From Podarcis vaucheri (Eukaryota), in assembly GCA_965113315.1 (NCBI GenBank), contig OZ220372.1: a stretch of DNA of 64,000 nucleotides. One strand, given 5' to 3'. Positions 60,201-64,000 of this stretch are shown here, piece after piece. The notes beneath the pieces are model-generated. The model was not told where the DNA came from, did not search any database, and saw nothing but the letters and a program-made list of their open reading frames with translations. The position numbers and the translations under genes were made by a program. Position 1 is the first letter of the stretch; each line of letters opens with the position of its first letter.

Positions 60201-61379
60201 TCAATGCAATGCATTGGGGGCCCCTTTGCATAATACTGGAGCTTCTGCTGTTTGCTGCCAACAGCTTTCCCTCCCACTAAGTCAACGCAGACAGAATCTT
60301 CCCCTCCAGTTAAACAGGTGCACATGTCACAAAAGTACATTAGCAACAGTCTGAAAGATTTGTTGCCAATCAACTTTAAGGAATGTCACTTTACTTAAGC
60401 CTCAATTGAAAGAGATTTTTGCATATTCAGAAAGAGAGGCAAGCTATTTTTAGAAACTTGTGTGTTAGAGAATTGTAACACATGCCAAGGATTGAATAAA
60501 AGATCTGGTGTCCACTGAATAATGAAAGAAGTTAAATCTTACATTTCTTGCAGTGCCTGTTCACAGTAATGTAGAGGTTTGCAAGTAACTTAAAACTTGC
60601 CTGTTTGCCCCTGAAACGGTCCCATTCAGCTGACACTAATGAAATTAGGAAATGAAATTAGGATGTTTTATATTGCTTGTGGATTACACCTTGTCATAAG
60701 GAGGGAGATCATGAATGAAACAGGACATAGCATTATCCCACTCTCTCAAAACCCCCATCCATATGCAGAGCAACATAGCTCAGTTTGGGCACAGACTTGT
60801 GCTCTTGACCCTCATGGCTGATTAAAAACTAGCAAGCAAGTGATGGCTAGCTTGGCCAGAGAAATGATGACTTCCTACTTGCAAGAGGGGATGGTTCCTA
60901 TTTGCCTAAATGAAGTAGTGGCATGTCAGCTGATTCAGCCCATATTTGAGTTATCTCCCTGAATTAGTTGGCACGTTCAGACATTTTGTTATATCACATG
61001 CAGTTTTTAATTTTAAACTGATGTTGGCTTTTGTTTTTCTTTCCTTTTTATTCTTGGCTTGAAAATAATATAATTCAGCAAAGATTCTATTTACTGAAAT
61101 ACCTTCAAAAACTTGGTTGGAAAACTACCATCAATGTTAGAACTGTGCTTAATGGCCTGTGACTCTAGTTATTTCTGCATTAAGCATAAAAAACAATGGA
61201 GCAATCTCCCTGTGTCAACCTAGAGGTAAGCAAGCCTGACTTCACATGGGCTTATGTCCAAGAAAAAGAGAAAATGTTTTGATTTTCCACCATGCACATT
61301 TCAGATACAATCCATCAGTTCCCTTCGGTGATAACACACCAACTGGTTAACATGATATTCACGTAAGCAATGTTCACAC

Positions 61380-61675
61380 GATTATTATTATTATTATTAC
61401 TACCCCGCCCATCCAGCTTCTAAAAGTTGTGTAGTTCTTTATCTCCTTGACATCTGAAGGGTGGGCGTGCCACAGGGAGGGTGCCACTGCCAAGAAGGCC
61501 CTCTACCTGGTTCTCTGTAACTTCACACGTGAGGGAACTGCCAGAAGACCCAAAGAAGAGGACCTCAGTGTCTGGGCTGAGTGATGGGGGTGGAGACGCT
61601 CCTTCAGGTATACTGGGCCGAGGTCGTTTTAGGGCTTTAAAGTTCAGCACCAACACTTTGAACTGTGCTCAGAAT
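61380..61675 (-). mobile_element. Degenerate LINE (L2-like) 3' fragment
   Basis: (ATT)n tail next to GC-richer decayed sequence (LNFKALKRPRP...) resembling L2 C-terminal regions; boundaries approximate. Confidence 0.45.
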
Positions 61676-62203
61676 CATACACAATTTGATTTTTAATAAT
61701 AATTAAAAATCAGCTTTGAACAAAGTTGAAGTATTTATTAAAAGAACTAACTTCAGGAGTTTATTTGAAGTTTTAATTTACTGTAACTGAGACTGTGTCC
61801 AAATTGAGTTATTGAAAAGGATAACAATCTAGATTTGTTCTAATGTTCCCTAAACATTTTTGGGTCAATCTATTGTGCCTTGCCACTAAATAAACATCTC
61901 CTGAATTAGACACAGCAGAAGAGACAGAGAAAATGGGGCACATTTCTAGTTACCTCTTAGGTCAGTTTACTCTTCTGGAAATGAATGGGTTTGACCAGTG
62001 GTGCAATGGAGTGCACCAAGGGGTGTGTGGGAGTAGCTCAAGGACATTTTTAGAACAATAACAAGATGCTGTCTGCTGAAGCAGCAGATTATTGGACTCT
62101 CTTGGTTCTTGCTAGGGAGTGACACAAAGTTTTCAAGTTTTACTGTTGTTTGTGACTGATAAGCATAGAGGAAGTCAGAGAATGATAAAAAATAAACAGT
62201 TTC

Positions 62204-62326
62204 ACTGTTTCTCAAAGGTGTTGTTGGACTACAATTCCCATCATCCCTGACCACTGATCCTGCTAGCTAGGGATGATGGGAGTTGTAGTCCTAAAACATC
62301 TGGAGACTCAAGTCTGAGAAACACTG
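62204..62326. mobile_element. hAT-type MITE remnant related to 46858-46993
   Basis: Same palindromic core ggactacaattcccatcatccct...agggatgatgggagttgtagtcc. Confidence 0.7.
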
Positions 62327-63482
62327 GGCTCAATACTTCTTCCCTCTCCTTTGACAAAGCTCCTACTTCATGCTATCAGATTAAATGGTAACACATCTCT
62401 TTGAAAGATATTATGCATGGCAGCTGACTGAATTTTTTTGTTAAAGCTCAATGTGTTTTGCAAGTCAGAAGTAAGCACCACTGAGATCAACAGAGCTTAC
62501 ACCCAGGATTTCAGTCATGCGAAGTGGCTGATCAAGAATGTGAGCCCTGGTCTCCCCAATCAAATTCCAACATGCTAACCATGACTCCACCATTTGTGAG
62601 CTCACTGTTCTATGTCTGTCAGCTAAACCTAATAAACTGGGGTATTATGCTATGTACTGCTGCTCTTTTTTTGAGTGGGGGGGAGTGTGTATATGTGGAT
62701 GGCCAGAGAGACAGAGGATAGATATAGGGGCCTGCATTTCAGGCATCCTTAGAGATATGGCTATGGAGCTATCGTGATAAGCTCCTTCCTTTCAAACTTT
62801 ATAACTGTACCCCTGGGTTTGGCAAAGTAGCAATTCCAGTGTGCACCACGGTTTCCAACAGATGCATGATTTAAACATTTAAGTTATGGGGACGGGTCTA
62901 TTCATAAAAAGGAGATACATTTTCAGTGCTTCCTTTAAATGTTTGCATGGAGAACCACACAACTTTGGGTTGGGGCAAATGATTGATCTGTCTGAGCTCT
63001 GCACCCTAAAGGGAAACGATCACTGGACATTAGCAAATGCTTTAAAAGCCTTTTAAAATATAATGCTAATTATTCACATCCACACCACCTGCAAAAATTC
63101 TGGGAATTTGACCCAAAAATGTATTGATTCTCCATTTATATAAACAGGTGGGTTGGTACATTTTGTAGACTTGCTTATAAGGTTGGTGCACCAACTATTA
63201 ATTATGGGCAGTCACTTAGCCGCAGTATTCCCAATATTCAGTTCTCTCTAATTGGCCCATGACTGTTGCTCAGAGAAATATATTCAAACAGCATTTTGCC
63301 AGGTGTTTTTTTGGGGGGGTTGGCCTTAAGGGTCAAAAATCGAGTGAGCATAATTTTGCTCTCAAAGCCTGATGGCTGCCATTTAATGAAGAGAAGCTGC
63401 TGAAGGCAATGAGATTTCTACATGAAAAACCTGAGACAGGTTTTAGGCAACCATGTTAAAAGTCTCGTGGCACTGAAATATG

Positions 63483-63743
63483 TCTTCTTCTTTGGCGATC
63501 ACTCGTAGCCAAGTATGATTGTCTTCCATGAAACCATCTTAACAGTGAATCTGTAAGTGACCGTGGAGGCCAATTCTAGATCCACACGTCCTTCCACAGC
63601 AGGGATATAGGTTTCTGGGTGGGAGTTGATCACAATGAGGGTTTGTCAAATGTGCCTTCCTCTTAGCACATTTCTCCCTTTCGTCCTGAGTTCGAGTGTC
63701 TTCAGAGTCCATGACACTTTTGGTAAAGCCTGTTCTCCAATTG
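63483..63743 (-). mobile_element. 5'-truncated RTE-clade LINE 3' end
   Basis: ORF remnant ...REKCAKRK...CGRTCGSRIGLHGHLQIH (RTE C-terminal C2H2-like motif), short 3' UTR and (GAA)n tail. Confidence 0.75.
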
Positions 63744-64000
63744 AAGCTCAGAGACCAGGGGCGGCAGCGGCGGCTGCTTGGAGGACTTCCAAGGAGAGGG
63801 AAGAGGAGAGGAGGCTGAAGAACACTCCACAAGGGAGGGTGTTCGAAAAAGAGTGAGAGGCTGCCGCAAGGGGTGACATAACTGGGCTCCTGAGCCCCCC
63901 AGGGGTGTCACAGAAAGAATGTAGTTGGTCAAGGGAGCCATAGACTCAAAAAGGTTGAAAACCTATGGCTTATGTTAAATGGTTAGATTTTAAATTTTCT

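Noticed and set aside
11766-64000. The many 60-176 aa ORFs in the intronic region
   Set aside because: Apart from those overlapping CELSR1 exons and LINE remnants, they come from microsatellites, MITEs or chance, with no protein motifs.

Overview
Vertebrate genomic DNA, most likely a squamate (lacertid-type lizard, judged from its SINE content). Four minus-strand coding exons of CELSR1 (639, 223, 116 and 89 bp; probably exons 2-5) lie at 37348-37986, 24417-24639, 22894-23009 and 17052-17140. The introns are AT-rich and hold SINEs, L2/RTE LINE fragments and DNA-transposon MITEs. Bases 1-11765 are a very young class I (gamma/epsilon-like) endogenous retrovirus, inserted in the same orientation as CELSR1 downstream of the 89-bp exon. 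Its layout is unusual. Read 5'->3' on the minus strand it is LTR - PBS(Lys1,2) - leader - env only - PPT - LTR - PBS(Lys1,2) - leader - gag - (UGA readthrough) - pol - 29-nt repeat array, continuing off the window. So an env-only LTR unit shares an internal LTR with an intact gag-pol unit. Other oddities: a plant-virus-style UGA-CAA-UUA readthrough signal, an Env with an extra N-terminal domain and second furin-type site but no AUG or signal peptide, a YxxM motif in the Env tail, a repeat-expanded integrase C-terminus, and a leader rich in splice sites.
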